Positions 48,700-61,000 of a DNA stretch of 64,000 nucleotides are shown here, in pieces. The notes under the pieces are model-generated. The model was not told the origin of the DNA. It did no database searches and worked only from the letters and a program-made list of their open reading frames with translations. How positions within the stretch are numbered: position 1 is the stretch's first letter; every line of letters begins with the position of its first letter. The DNA comes from Takakia lepidozioides (lineage: Eukaryota; Plantae; Bryophyta): assembly GCA_030704615.1 (NCBI GenBank), contig CM060731.1, forward strand, positions 68,572,001-68,636,000, given 5' to 3'. A program made the position numbers and the translations under genes.

Positions 48700-48755
48700 C
48701 ACTGGCCACAAGTTTACGCAAACAACGTCTTATGAGTACACTCTCTCTCTCTCTG
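48700..48755 (+). mobile_element. Isolated LINE 3' end running into (CT)n
   Basis: GGCCACAAGTTTACGCAAACAACGTCTTATGAGTACACTCTCTCTCTCTCT. Confidence 0.8.
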
Positions 48756-49559
48756 TGCCATGTTCAATTCCATCAAGGGAATTATTCCTGGTTAGAGGTG
48801 TCCCTGGTCTGATCAGTTGAAAAGCAATGGCCAGCTTCTCAGTGTTCAAGCAATTGTTCGAGGAAATAGGTGTTTGAAATCCCTCAATATTGCGCCTGCA
48901 CTTGTGACTTGGCTTTTGTCACTCCCAATACTTGCTGGCTATGCTGTCAGTTCGACATAAGTTGAGTTGCTTGAGTTGCTCCGCAACTTGCCGTGTACCA
49001 AGTACAGTCTACATCAAAGCAGTCAACTAGGGCAAATAATAGAAGAGGCCCTGGAGTTTAATGCGCCATCTTTGGGGCTGCCTACGTGGCCCTCTCCCCT
49101 CACCTCACCCCCCTGGCGGCTTCTACGTTGGTCACGGTCGCCGCGACGCGTCGCTCCCCATCCGTCCGCCCGCCTCCGTTGCCGCTTCAAACCCGTCATA
49201 CATGAATCATGTCACACAGCCATCATCTCGGAGATGCACATCACTCATGTAACACAGGCATCCATCATCACCAAGATATGACACCTCCACATAGATGCAT
49301 GGATCGTCACACATCGATTCAAAATTCAAATTTGAACTTCTAAATAAATATTTTAATCGATTGCACCGGATGATTTCTGTCATGTACCGGATGATTACTT
49401 TCGTACGGGCAATTGTCCACCTGTCTCCATCTTCCTCCTCCTCATCGTCCTCAAAATTCTCCGGTCACCATTGTAGCAGAGTTTGACACTCGTGCATGTA
49501 GTGTGAACCCGACTGCTGTCTATACATGACAGAAGTGAAGAGTTTATCCCCCAAGCTGT

Positions 49560-49837
49560 CCCCATCTTGTTGCGAATCTTCGAAATCAAGTGCAATCTCC
49601 GAACGCAGGTGCTTTCAATCACAATGTCTTACAATGGCGTTATCAATGGCATGGTATCCCTCCCGATAAAGACAACACTTCAGTGGCCTACATTCCATGG
49701 AGTCGTGTGAATGATTTCATAACTGGGGAATCATCCCACCCCGATGGGCCATGCACTTTCCACAAACATCGCCAAAGAGGTTGTCCACATGGATCACTCC
49801 TCGCTCCACGCACGAATAGTGCCTTAAGTCTAACAAG
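49560..49837 (+). mobile_element. N-terminal exon remnant of MULE/SWIM-type transposase
   Basis: VAYIPWSRVNDFITGESSHPDGPCTF resembles the ALIPYARVDDFIIGECSNxECPTRF N-terminus of plant MULE-derived SWIM proteins; ends at a GTAAAA donor. Confidence 0.65.
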
Positions 49838-49847
49838 GTAAAACTAT

Positions 49848-50640
49848 GTGAACTCCATGGTTATATGTTGTGTATCATCATCGGCTGCTGGTAACTTACT
49901 ACCATTGCAAATCCTCTTCAGTGGTAAAACAGATCGATGTTTACCAAAAACCCCAGCTGCAAGAATTTGTTTGGATTATGGGTTTTATTTCACAATGACT
50001 GAAAACCATTGGTCCAACATTAAAACATGTAAACAATTTGTCCGTCATATTCTGGTTCCATATTTCAAAGAGTGGTGGATAAAATGAGACTGCCAAAGAG
50101 CCAGAAGATGATTTGGCTTATAGATTGCTGGTCCGTCCATAAATCAAAGGCATTTCTTGCGTGGATGAAGAAAGAGTTCCCATATATTTGTGTGCTATTT
50201 ATTTCTGCAAATTGCATATCAAAGCTCCAACCTGCAGATGTCATTCTTCAATGGCCTTTGAAATGTGGTTTCACGACACAATTCAAGCAATGGTCGGCAC
50301 AATTCAACATCAAATTGAGAATGGTGTCTTAAATGTTCAGCTTGATCTCAGAATAGGTGCACTACGTGAGAAGTTGTGTACTTGGCTTCTGGATACTTTG
50401 AAAGTCGTGGGATATCAGACAGAGATGATTGTGAAAGGGTGGGGCAAGTGTGGGTTGTTGATGGCATTTGATAAAGGTTTTCAAGCGGAGGCTATGGAAT
50501 CAAATGCACATACTTCCCCGTTTTCCAGCTTGGAGGACGGTTGTGAAGATACTGATGAACACAACAAGACATGGAGAAGTTGTTCGAAGATGAGGATATC
50601 ATGGATATGATGCTCCAATGTGCTATGAGTGAGGCTTGAA
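49848..50640 (+). mobile_element. pogo/Tc1-like DDE_1 transposase remnant
   Basis: SSSAAGNLLPLQILFSGKT, NHWSN, WLIDCWSVHKS, FISANCISKLQPADV; frameshifted. Confidence 0.85.
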
Positions 50641-50909
50641 GTGCACTAGATTTAGTTGCTAGTTGGATTCAGATTTGTATTTTCCATTTTCAACATATTC
50701 TCCTTCAATTTTTATTAATTTGGACATTGTGAGCTTGGAATTTCTCGAATATTTCAGACAAAATGGTATAATTTTCTCCATATTTTCGGACAGTGCCGTT
50801 TTTAATTAATTATGTGCGAAACCGACCCACGCGTAGGGTAGTCTGAAGAACTTCACCCTGTGATGAAGTGTCCTGGCCCACATGTTTAGTATCTGACTAG
50901 CCTCCAGCT

Positions 50910-51570
50910 CAGATCGTCACATTGAATCCAAATGCTACCCATCTAACATACCAACTGAAAATGAAAATAAAAATGATGTAGATGATGTCAATAAACTCAT
51001 AAGCAGATAAAAAATATTTCCAATCAAAATTTAAAAAAAAATGCTAAACGCCGTGAGAAATATCTTTCAAACCAAAATGAAATAAACGCTAAACGCCAGC
51101 GAAAATATATTTCAAGCCAAAGTATAGCTCAACAAATCGTGACATTGAATCCAAATGCAAACCATTTAAAATCTGAACCAACTGAAAATGAAAATGAAAA
51201 TGACATGGATGAAGTCAATAAACTCGCATAAAATCGGGCTAAAAGTATTTCCGGTCATAATGAGAAAAATGCCAAACGCCGTGAGAAATATATTTCAACC
51301 AACAAACGACAACCAACCACGGAGATGGAATCTCAACCAGCTCCTGATCTAGATGAAACAAATGCTAAACGAATGGAAAAATATAGATCTGAACATCCAC
51401 CACGAACCACGGAAATGGAATCTCAACCGACTCCCAATCGAGACGAAACAAATGTTAAACGAAGGAAAAAAATACAGACCTGAACATCCACCACAACCCA
51501 CGTAAATGGACTCTCAACCGACTCCCGATCTAGACATAACAAATGCTAAACAAAGGGAAAAATATGGATT
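50910..51570 (+). repeat. A-rich direct repeats (two ~220-bp units, three ~90-95-bp units) upstream of Helitron coding remnants
   Basis: CACATTGAATCCAAATGC..CCAACTGAAAATGAAAAT twice; CCACGGARATGGAATCTCAACC..CTCC..ATC.AGA..AAACAAATG three times. Confidence 0.75.
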
Positions 51571-51989
51571 CCAAAAAAAACAATATCCATTGATCAAAGA
51601 TGAAAAATGTGCTACACAAATTCAAAAGTATATAACAAATGAAAATGATGGAAGAAAAAAACTCGAAAGAAAATAAGAACAAATGTATTACACTCCTCAT
51701 GGAACTCCTTTAGATACAACCTTCTAGTTCAAAAAATTTGGAAGGATTGACGGGCCGTGTGTATTGGACACTACGATGGATCTTTCAGACGCGCCCCTCT
51801 TTGCTCATTTCAGCATTTTGCATGCAAGGGCATCATTCCATGCTTGCAAGCTAGCAGTGGGAAGGCATCTGTTCGCCTTTGAGGGGGATGCCGAGCTGTA
51901 CAAAGAGGTGATAACTCCTCTCCATGAGGGCTCGACCTCAGGCACACAGACAGATGCGGCGGTGAGATAAGCAAAATGACATTTGACGG

Positions 51990-52485
51990 AAACATGGGAT
52001 ACGGGGTGCAGTTCCTACGCTGCTTCTCAATTTAGTTGCATCAGAGGAACTGAACGCTGCCTAGAAGCATGTCAATTGACTCCAAGAATTGGGAGATTCA
52101 GAGTCGGTCACCACGACGATGCCAATGTGTTGGTGAGCCCCACACAGTCTTAACTTAAGTCCACTTTTTGGTGACGCGGGGAAGGGATCATGATGTCTCC
52201 GCGTGCTTGAGCGCGGAGGGGTTTTACACACCAATCGCAGATGGAGACATTTGGAGACATCTGCAGATTATGCGAAAATCGTCGTGTAAGGACTACGGTA
52301 ACGGACCTTCAAATAAAAAGATGATAGTGTCATCATAGCCATGGCAAAAGAAGACTACGCCTTTCGGTTGGCCTTGTTCGGGAATCCGGCTTTTGATAAA
52401 TATTTTGACATCGCGAGAGTTAACTTCGTAAGTCTGCAACAAAATAGACGGTACCCTCAGCTTTTTGTTTACATCAATCTTTGGC
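51990..52485 (-). pseudogene. Inverted duplicate of lipase intron 2/exon 3/intron 3
   Basis: TYEVNSRDVKIFIKSRIPEQGQPKGVVFFCHGYDDTIIFLFEG plus flanking intron sequence matches 42243-42562; interrupted by ~180-bp insert. Confidence 0.92.
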
Positions 52486-52519
52486 ACCGGAGCTTACGTA
52501 CCCCCACATGCGACTTTCA

Positions 52520-54260
52520 CCAACCTGTACTGTTGTGTTTGCAACAGAGATATAGTAACCTCTAACATATTAAAATAGAGAAGCGATGCATTTCAAAGTG
52601 AAATCGTCAAACATAGGAAAAAGTGGCTAAGCCTACAAGTAGAAAACGATTTCGAAGAACATATTCTCCTAGAAGAGGTTCCAGAAAAATTAATGAATGA
52701 CACAAAACATCAGTTAGAAGAATTAAATGGGTTGTTATTGGACAAACGAGGAATATCAAATACTGCACGTACCATCTTCAGTTGTAAAAACTGTAGTTCC
52801 CACTTGAAAAAAAACAAGATGCCAAAGTTTGCATTCACTAATGGTCTGTGGAGGGTTTGTGGATCGCAAAAGTTCACAACATTTTGCCAAAGTTAACCAT
52901 GGTTGAAGAAGCGTTAATAGCAAGTACCATTGTCGTGTTATGTCGTTCAAATTACGATATGTAAATAAAGGTGGGGAAAAAAAAACGCGCATTGAGAGGA
53001 AATTTGGTAAGTTTTCCTCAAAATCCAGGTACAATCACACCGGATACAAAGACATTGAAATTGATAACAACATGTTGGATGGTCTATCAGAGAATGTTAT
53101 TCCACCATCAATTTTCAGATGGGTGTTTGAATCCACAGACATTGACTTTGCCAAAGCTGAACATCGCACCAACATAATAAATTTGCACAGCAGAAAAATC
53201 CCAAAGACGACGATACAAAATTCTGCACTTATATATGATGATGCTTGGCACGACATTCTTGAGGGAGAATATGATAAAACAGTACGTGAAGTTATGGCTG
53301 ATATCCTACGATCTAGCCCGTCATAAACACCTCCGGACTCATCGATTTTGACAGAATAGACTTAAAGCATGATGATCACGTAATCGCCAATGCTTTACAC
53401 CCGGGGAGTTCACTTCTTGTAAAATTTTGTTACCATCTGCGAACAAAGGGTATATAGTTGGGGGGTATTATTTGTTTTGTTTTGTTTTGTTTTTTTGTTT
53501 TTTTAGGTACCCTTGCATTACATATTTTGTAAATACGTATTAGCACCCAAATTTACTTTAAAGTATTATATAAAATTTTGAAGGGAAAAAAAAAAAACAA
53601 TAGCAACACATGCATAGCAAACAACAAAATACATGAACTTTATTCAAGCCAATATGGCCTACTGTCGTTCAGTAACAAACTCATTCAATGACTCTGCATC
53701 ATTACTATCTAACACATACAAGTTGTTAAACCCATTCACTCATACTTCATCCATAGTCACCTACTTGTAATATGTTCATCCACCCGGGGAATCATAATGG
53801 TGAAGAGAATCCTAGCTCTACAACCCCACCCATTTTTTTTTTCTTCCCATATATTCTTTTAAAAAAGTTTGTAACACAAAGGCAAAAAAGTACCCCTATT
53901 TTTCTATAAATGTAATTTTCATAATACCACAACCCTTTGTTAAAAGTAAATCTTTTAGAATTTTTATTTTTCAAGAATTTGTTGGATCCTATGTTTTATT
54001 GCACACTGTTTGGAATTCATGCCGAGTGACTTCTCCTAGGCTTTACATGGATTGCAACTGCAACAAAACATGTCCTTAAAAACATGAAACTGAAATGGTA
54101 AACGAATATTCAAACCCAAAACTAATCGTGTGGTTGTTTTCAACATTATTTCCGTCTAGAATCGGCGTAACTGAAATGAAAAATCGTCCAATTAAAGTAA
54201 TTTTGGAAGCCCACGTTGAGTATTTGATGAGTATGACTAATATTCATCACGACTTTTCAA
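52520..54260 (+). mobile_element. Helitron Rep/helicase N-terminal remnants (DUF6570-like region)
   Basis: CKNCSSHLKKNKMPKFAFTNGLW, LPKLTMVEEALIA, and VNEYSNPKLIVWLFSTLFPSRIG match the CxxC...PKFALANGLW...LTxxEExLIA and FPTLFPxGxG motifs; fragmented. Confidence 0.75.
53214..53305 (+). pseudogene. Duplicate of part of lipase last exon
   Basis: ACAAAATTCTGCACTTATAT..GATGATGCTTGGCACG.CATTCTTGAGGGAGAA...GAAGTTATGGCTGATATC matches 44751-44839. Confidence 0.92.
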
Positions 54261-54427
54261 ATATTTCACATATTCCAAGGCATGTTTGGGGAATATGTGG
54301 AATATATTCCAATGCATTAAGTGTAACAAACTTTTCTACAGATCTTTATCATCTCCCTCTTACCTCTCTAAATTGGATACAGAATGCAATGTGTACTTTG
54401 AGACTGCTGGAGCTGGTAGGTAGTTCC

Positions 54428-55180
54428 TTACAAATGTCGTAGATGGAGGGCAGTAGTTCATTAAAGTTGTGAATGTATGTGTACGATTTTAGGCTTGTGA
54501 ATGTACACAAACAGACCAACATATGAACATTCTCTCTCTCTCTGAGCACCATTTCATTTCAATTCATTTCAAACAACTACGGTAGAGAGAGCATGTACTT
54601 GTCATATGACTTTGTTCGCCATAGCATTGTGGCCATAGACTCCGCACCTAGTTTGGACAAAAACTAGGATAGAGAGAAAGATGTACCCAATACTTTGTTT
54701 GCCGAAGCCTTGTGGCCATAGACCCCACACCTAGTTTGATTGGAAACAAATGGAATAGACAATAGACACTGCCTTTGTGAGTAACTCACTCCAGTAGTGG
54801 GACTTACCTTGATATAAACAATCAGTTCTGGCTTTCCAGATATCCTCTAGATAGCCGTTCACGCAATCTGTTGTGTGTGAGCAGCCCAAAAGTTAAGATC
54901 ACAATAGGGCCAGGGCTTTGAGATTTTGCTGGTGAACAGAGGTGCAAGAACCATGTTCTTGATGTTCCTGAAGAGGGTAACTCTATGGTGAGATTGTAGG
55001 CTCCCTGTCCCCAAGTTTAAATTTCAGTCTTTTGCTGAGGATAGGTAGGCCCTTCAGATCATCCTTAAGGTCCTAGAGAATGATAAACCCAAAACTTGAA
55101 TAACTTGTCATAATCTTGCAATCATATGACTTGTGGTGATGGTTGTGTGTTGTAAGGGTAGGCAAGGAAGATAGGGAATT
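54428..55180 (+). repeat. Duplicate of 45820-46932 (including the LINE fragment, lacking the RAE1 exon)
   Basis: Shared unique flanks GGGCAGTAGTTCATTAAAG..TGTGAATGTATGTG and CATATGACTTGTGGTGATGGTTGTGTGTTGTAAGGGTAGGCAAG. Confidence 0.9.
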
Positions 55181-55587
55181 GGGGTTTATTCATTCATTGA
55201 GATGTTTTCTTGTTGATGAGGCAGACGGAGTTCAAAAGGATACTTGTGGGGATACATGTTTGAGCGTTCTGCCACGAGGGCGTTAGCTTGCAGCTTTCGG
55301 GACCAAGGACTGTAGAGAAAGACTCAAGGTCTGTAGTTTAAGAGTACATACATACCTTGAGTCTTGATCTGCAGTCCTTCGTCCCAAATGCTGCAGTCTA
55401 ACGGCCTGGGACAAGTAATAAAAAAGGATGCGCCTGGGCCAGGAGTCGAACATGTCCCCCTAGTCTGGCGCCTCACATTCCCGGGGTCACCACAACGACG
55501 CCAATGTAGGTATTGGTGAGCCCAACGCAACCATAAGTCCATGTTTGGGTATAACTAACATTCAAATTCATAGTTCCATCATGTAGT

Positions 55588-55693
55588 AGAAGTCAGCTCA
55601 GGGGTATGAGCGGTCTGGCTTGAAATTGTAGGCTGCAGGGTCGAACTCTAATCGCTTGCATCTCCAGAAAAACGCTCGCATCTTCAAAAAAAT
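55588..55693 (+). mobile_element. tRNA-like short SINE or tRNA pseudogene
   Basis: AGCTCAGGGGT (A box), GGGTCGAACTC (B box), A-run at ~55686; stems do not pair well enough for a functional tRNA. Confidence 0.5.
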
Positions 55694-56026
55694 TTTAAGT
55701 CCCTGAGAAGTTCAGTGGATGCCCATTGTCATACATGTATGGAAATACATGAGAAATATATGGTTGTGGCCCAGTCTCAGGTTCAGCCCTAATTCCATGT
55801 TGTTTGTGTGTGGAAGGTTTGCTGTCTGTGGTGTTGTGGCAGCTGCTCCTTACAGTAGTGAAGTGTGTGCGCTCACCCACCTTCCTCCTACAGCAGCTGG
55901 AGATTATACTGGTGTTAGTCTAAGGAGGGTTGCGAATGGAGGAGGGCGCTGGGATGTGGGCGATGGCCAATCCGTATTCGGACTGAAGTTGTCGTGTTAT
56001 TATGGGTGTTACATATCCCCAGGAAA

Positions 56027-58014
56027 ATGAAGGCTGGGGTACCCCATCGCCTCAATCGAGTGAGAAGCAAATTGCACAGTAGTTGCAACCCAGAGTATTC
56101 GTCAGATGTTCCACTACGGTCGTCCATTTCCCTCTGCAGATTGTGCCTGCAGTGCCTATTTTGCGTTGCTAGTCTTGTCCTGGGGTTCCGTTTGACTAGA
56201 GAGGCACGTTTGCTCGATTTCCAGCACCTGGAGGGTCCATCTTCCTATTTCAATCAGACAGTACCGAGTTTTCAGTTTTCAGGAATTGATGGGACAACAA
56301 GCTATTCAGCTTTGCAGTTCGATGGCAAACCTGCAAACAGAACAGATCTCGCGAAATTTTCTGGGTTGGTGTTCCATGGAACGAAGGTCAGCAGCTTGCC
56401 ACATCCTGATGCCCGACTCCCAGATTTCACGCAAAGTGTGCTGGAGACTCCAAGTGGTGTAAGAAGCAGCAGAGTAGATGTGGGACGACATGCAATTTTG
56501 ATAAGGCCATGGCCACACCCAGATCCAATCGAAGTGATGATGGCACATGGTCTGATTGCAAGAGTACAGCTGGAACAGCGGTATCTGTATGGCATCAAAG
56601 ACTGGAAACCAATCATAGCTATCACGCCAACATTTGCGCGCACCTTCCAGGCAGTGCACTTGACAGGTATCTTTTCCACATGAAAGTTTTCATGAATGGT
56701 ATTACTGGTGTCCAACTGTTTTGACCAAACAGCTCTAACCGCTGTTGATGAAATTGGAGAATGTCATTCTAGAAGTATGTTCAACACGAAATGTGATAAG
56801 CTACTGCTGTGTAGTCAGACATAGCATTGATCTCTTTGGATATTGGGATGGCAGGCCTCATGCACACTCTGTCGCTTGTACCGGGACCTGTGACATGGAT
56901 TGTGATTGAGGCTGGAGGTGTGACAAGTGAGACAACTTCCTTGCTGGCAGAAGCAAGGGTGCACACATTGGTGCATTTGGGCTTTGCAAAGCATATGCCA
57001 CCAACCTTGGAGGAGCGAGGGCAGCTGGAGGCACACATGCGAGTTGAAGGCTTGAGGTATATTTGGGGAGGGGTTGAGAATGTCAGGGATTAGTTTGTGT
57101 TTATGAACCATAATTATTTAACAAGATAAGGAGAACAAACTTTCTGAGGTATATGTGAATGGGACACTTCAGTGAAGGTTCAAGTCAGTCAATTGGAGCC
57201 CATTTGGGTTTTGAGGTCCCTTTCATGTGGCTTTTAGCTGGATACTGTAATTTAGGTGCCCTTTGAAGGGTGGAGATGGTGACAGAATCTGCATCTGACC
57301 TGTAATTTAAATATTGGTGCCGTGAGCTTTAATTTCCTTTCTATTCAGTGACCCTGCTTCCAGCTCTATCTCCTTATCCTTATCCATTTACTGCCTGATC
57401 TACAGATGTGTGCGGGAGCGGAAATTGGAGGGCATTGTGCTGTTTGCTGATGAAAGCAATGTGCACAGCCTGCAACTTTTTGACAAGGTCCAGAATATCA
57501 AATGGGTGGGTGTTCTGTCAGTAGGGATGCTTGGGTACGCTGGATATGAAGAGCCTGGTCAGGTAACGGATGACCTTCGTCAGAGCAAAGGGGCAGGGGC
57601 GGGAGGACGCAATCTGTTGGCTGCCCTCCAGCGACGAGGCACACCTAGTTTGGAACCTCAGGTCCAGGGACCCTCATGCAATGCCATGGGCCATTTTGCT
57701 GGCTGGCACACATTTGACCCATTACCTTTGGGGGATGGCAGAGCAAAGACGGAAACTGATGTGCCCAGGAAAGGAAGGTTAGAGTGGGCAGGTTTTGTGC
57801 TGAATGCGCGGTCAGTCTGGGAAACAGGGAGTGGCCAGCCTGACTGGGTTAAGAGTTGGGATGACTGGCGTAACTTGGAAGAGGGCAATATTCCTGAAGT
57901 CAGAGCCATTGTGAGAGATGAAAATTTGCTGGAGACTGTAGGTGATTGTGGCCGTGAAGTGCTGCTATGGTGGGTCCGCATGGAGGGTCGCACTGACAGC
58001 AAGTACCCACTGAA
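56027..58014 (+). CDS. IRX14: GT43 beta-1,4-xylosyltransferase IRX14-like; exons 56027-56666, 56855-57056, 57406-58014; last exon not identified in window
   Basis: SSRVDVGRHAILIRPWPHPDPIEVMMAH, IAITPTFARTFQAVHLTGLMHTL, WIVIEAGG, FADESNVHS, QVQGPSCN...GWHT, LEWAGFVLNAR, LLWWVRMEGRTDSKYP. Confidence 0.92.
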
Positions 58015-58019
58015 GTCAG

Positions 58020-58021
<2 letters not shown>

Positions 58022-58050
<29 letters not shown>
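58022..58050 (+). repeat. (TC)n microsatellite
   Basis: About 14 perfect TC units directly before the LINE 5' end. Confidence 0.95.
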
Positions 58051-58054
<4 letters not shown>

Positions 58055-61000
58055 TGTCTCTCCCTGTCCTCTAGGAAGCCTATTGACATTGGGTGGACTT
58101 GATACGGGAGTACATTAATGTCTCTGTGACTAAATGCTGGCCTTGTGACCTCGTGTCCTTGTTTGTTTCGACCTGAAGCGCTTTGCTTCAGGTAAGGTAG
58201 TGCATTGGATTTAGTTGGAAAGCTTGGGGCCTTTCCCTCTTTAGAATATGCCTACACGGGCCATTCCCTGCAACTCCCTGGAGTGTGATCTCTGAATGGT
58301 AACAAGCGGACTCCTACCGCTTGGGGGCAGCCCCTCCGCCCAAATTGGGCAGTCGTATGCTCTGTCTAGCATACTCGGCACTTGGGCTCGGGTTGGTTCC
58401 TGTGCTTAAACTTATAGCCTGCGAGAACAATCAAAAATTTAGCTCCTATCAACATCAACACTCCTCAGGGTGATCCCTGGGAATTGGTTACTTATGCCAA
58501 ATCTAGGGCTTCATGTGTAGTTTTTGGGGTGAATCCCAGGATGGACGATGTGTCCTTTAAAACTACATGCTCTATCTTAGGCTTGGATTTCATGGCTAAT
58601 GGTACCATCTCGAGACTTGATAACAGGGGTACGTTGAAGGTTGCAATGACCAAAAGTGCTTCTAATAGAGTCCCGCATCAATTTAATCTCGAAGTTCGTC
58701 CCTTGACTGGCTGGAGAGCGGTCTTAGACATTGGTGATTCAATGGGGCGCTCAGGAAGACAACCAAGGGCAACAACTTCAACTTGAGAGTTTCTAATCGG
58801 TTTGATGCTCTGGATGAGGTTGAATCCAAACAGCCAGAAGGACAAGATGCCCCTAAATGTACGGAACCTGAACGTCCTGAATCTGAAGGATTTGGTACTC
58901 TGAATGGTTTACCAATCCTCAAGGTTTACACAAGACGAACAAATTCTATACACGGGGTAATTGTCTGCAAGCCGTCAGATGGACAATCTGTCCCTAAGTG
59001 TGCAGAGCCTGAACGTCGTGTAACTGAAGGATTTGGTACTCTAAATGGTTTACCAATCCTCAAAGTCTACACAAGAGCAAAATCTATACACGGGGTAATT
59101 GTCCCCAAGCAGTCTGAAGGACAATCTGCCCCTATGTGTGTGGAGCCTGTGTGTCGTGTAACTGAAAGATTTGGTACCCTGAATGGTTTAACAATTCTCA
59201 AAGTTTACACGACGAGCAAAATCTACACATGGGGTAACTGTCCCCCCTTTGCAGAACGGTTGGCCGTCCAGGAGCAATCACAAGCTACCTAGACGACAAA
59301 CAATTCACATGCAAAGGGCTGGCTTGCGGCTGGCCACTTTCAACTTCTCAGGGTTGACCAACCAAAGGAAACAACTCGAAGTGGGACAAGTTCTTCGGAC
59401 TAATGATATTCATATCTGTGCTGGGCAAGAAACATGGGAAACGTCGGATAAACTGGTTGGAGATGTCAATGGTTATAAATGGGCAGGTAAGATGTGTACT
59501 CTCAAGGCAGCCTCTGCCAAACGCGGCCAAAAAGGGGTTGGATTCTTTGTCCGTGATTTCTTGTTTGACAATTGTGAAATTATCAACAAGGGTTTGAGGT
59601 ACGAGCATAGTATCTGGCTAAAACTGAATCTGAAGGGCGGCATGAGTACAAAGGACCTCTTTGTTGGTTGTGTTTACATGCCCACAGAGGGGACCCTTAG
59701 TGCTGATGCAGACAAGGCCTTCGAAGATGTAAAGCTGGACTGTGCTTCGTTCGTTGCCAAAGGTCAGGTGGTACTATTGGGAGACTTCAATGCCCGGGTG
59801 GGCAAAGGGATCCATCAGGACGATATCATTGGACCTTTTGGTGAGGACGAGCTGAATTCTAATGGCAGACGGTTAATTAACTGTCTAGAAGAGCTTCAGC
59901 TTTTGACCTTGAATAACAGGACAAGAGGTGACCAAGTGCAGTGGACTCGTGAGAAATCCCATACTGCGGAACGTTCCATTGTGGACTTTATCATAATGGA
60001 CAAAATTTTGTTCCCCCAGTGTGCCAATGTGTTGATCGACAGAACTGATATTGGTACCTCTGACCACTTCCTGGTTTGGACTGAGATCAAAAGGTGTTTT
60101 CCCACCACCAAGAGATCTGTGAAACGTTCGATTCGGAAGTGGCGCATAGAAAAATTCCACAATGAGGAGGTACGTCCAGGCCTTGCAAGAGGCTCTCCCT
60201 CATTTTGTCCAATCGCTCCAAGAACTTCAGTCACGCTCTGTTAACGCAAGAAATGAAGTCGAAAGAGCAGTGGACTCTTGGGAGAGTTTCGTTTCCTCCG
60301 TGGCTGACAAGATCATTGGGAGGAAACTAATTGTCTGCGGTAGAGCAGACCAATGAGATTAAACTCAAGATAGCTGAGAGACGAGCCCTCTATAAAGAGT
60401 GCTGCAATTTGGAAACCAACAGAGAATTGTGGGCGAGGTACTACCAGCTCCGTAAAGATATCAATCAGCTTGTTAGGTCTCAGAAGAAATTATACTGGGA
60501 CAAGTTATACAGTGAAATAAACTCAAACCACCATGGTGGTAATGACAAGAAATTCTGGTTGGCCCTTCAACGTTTGTACAAGCCGAAAAACGGTCAGCAA
60601 GTACAAGCGCTGAAGACTACTAAAGGTGCAGTGGTGACTTCATCGGTTGACATTGTCAAAACCTTTGAAACTCACTACAGTATCCTTGGCAGAACTTCTA
60701 GGTCTAACAGTGAGGGGTCTTCTGCTGAATGGAGGGACACAGTTGGAAAAACTGTTCCTATGATTCAAAACAGCCCTGATGAACTGGAGTATATTTCAAT
60801 GGCTTATAATGCTCCCATTAGTTCTTCTGAGATTGTGGAAGCAATTGAACATTTATATGGATATAAAGCTGGTGGACCTGATGGTATTGTCAACGAGCTT
60901 ATCAAGCACGGTGGCGATCCCATGATAGAGGCCCTAGTTCTCCTCTTTAACCTTATCTGGAAGACTGAAATGATCCCCTTTCGCTGGCGACAGGGGGTCA

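Noticed and set aside
55588-55665. Functional tRNA-Phe gene
   Set aside because: A/B boxes present but acceptor and anticodon stems pair poorly; A-tail suggests SINE
58049-58200. HDV-like or hammerhead ribozyme at the LINE 5' end
   Set aside because: No conserved P3/L3 core or CUGAnGA/GAAA core could be built in both copies by eye
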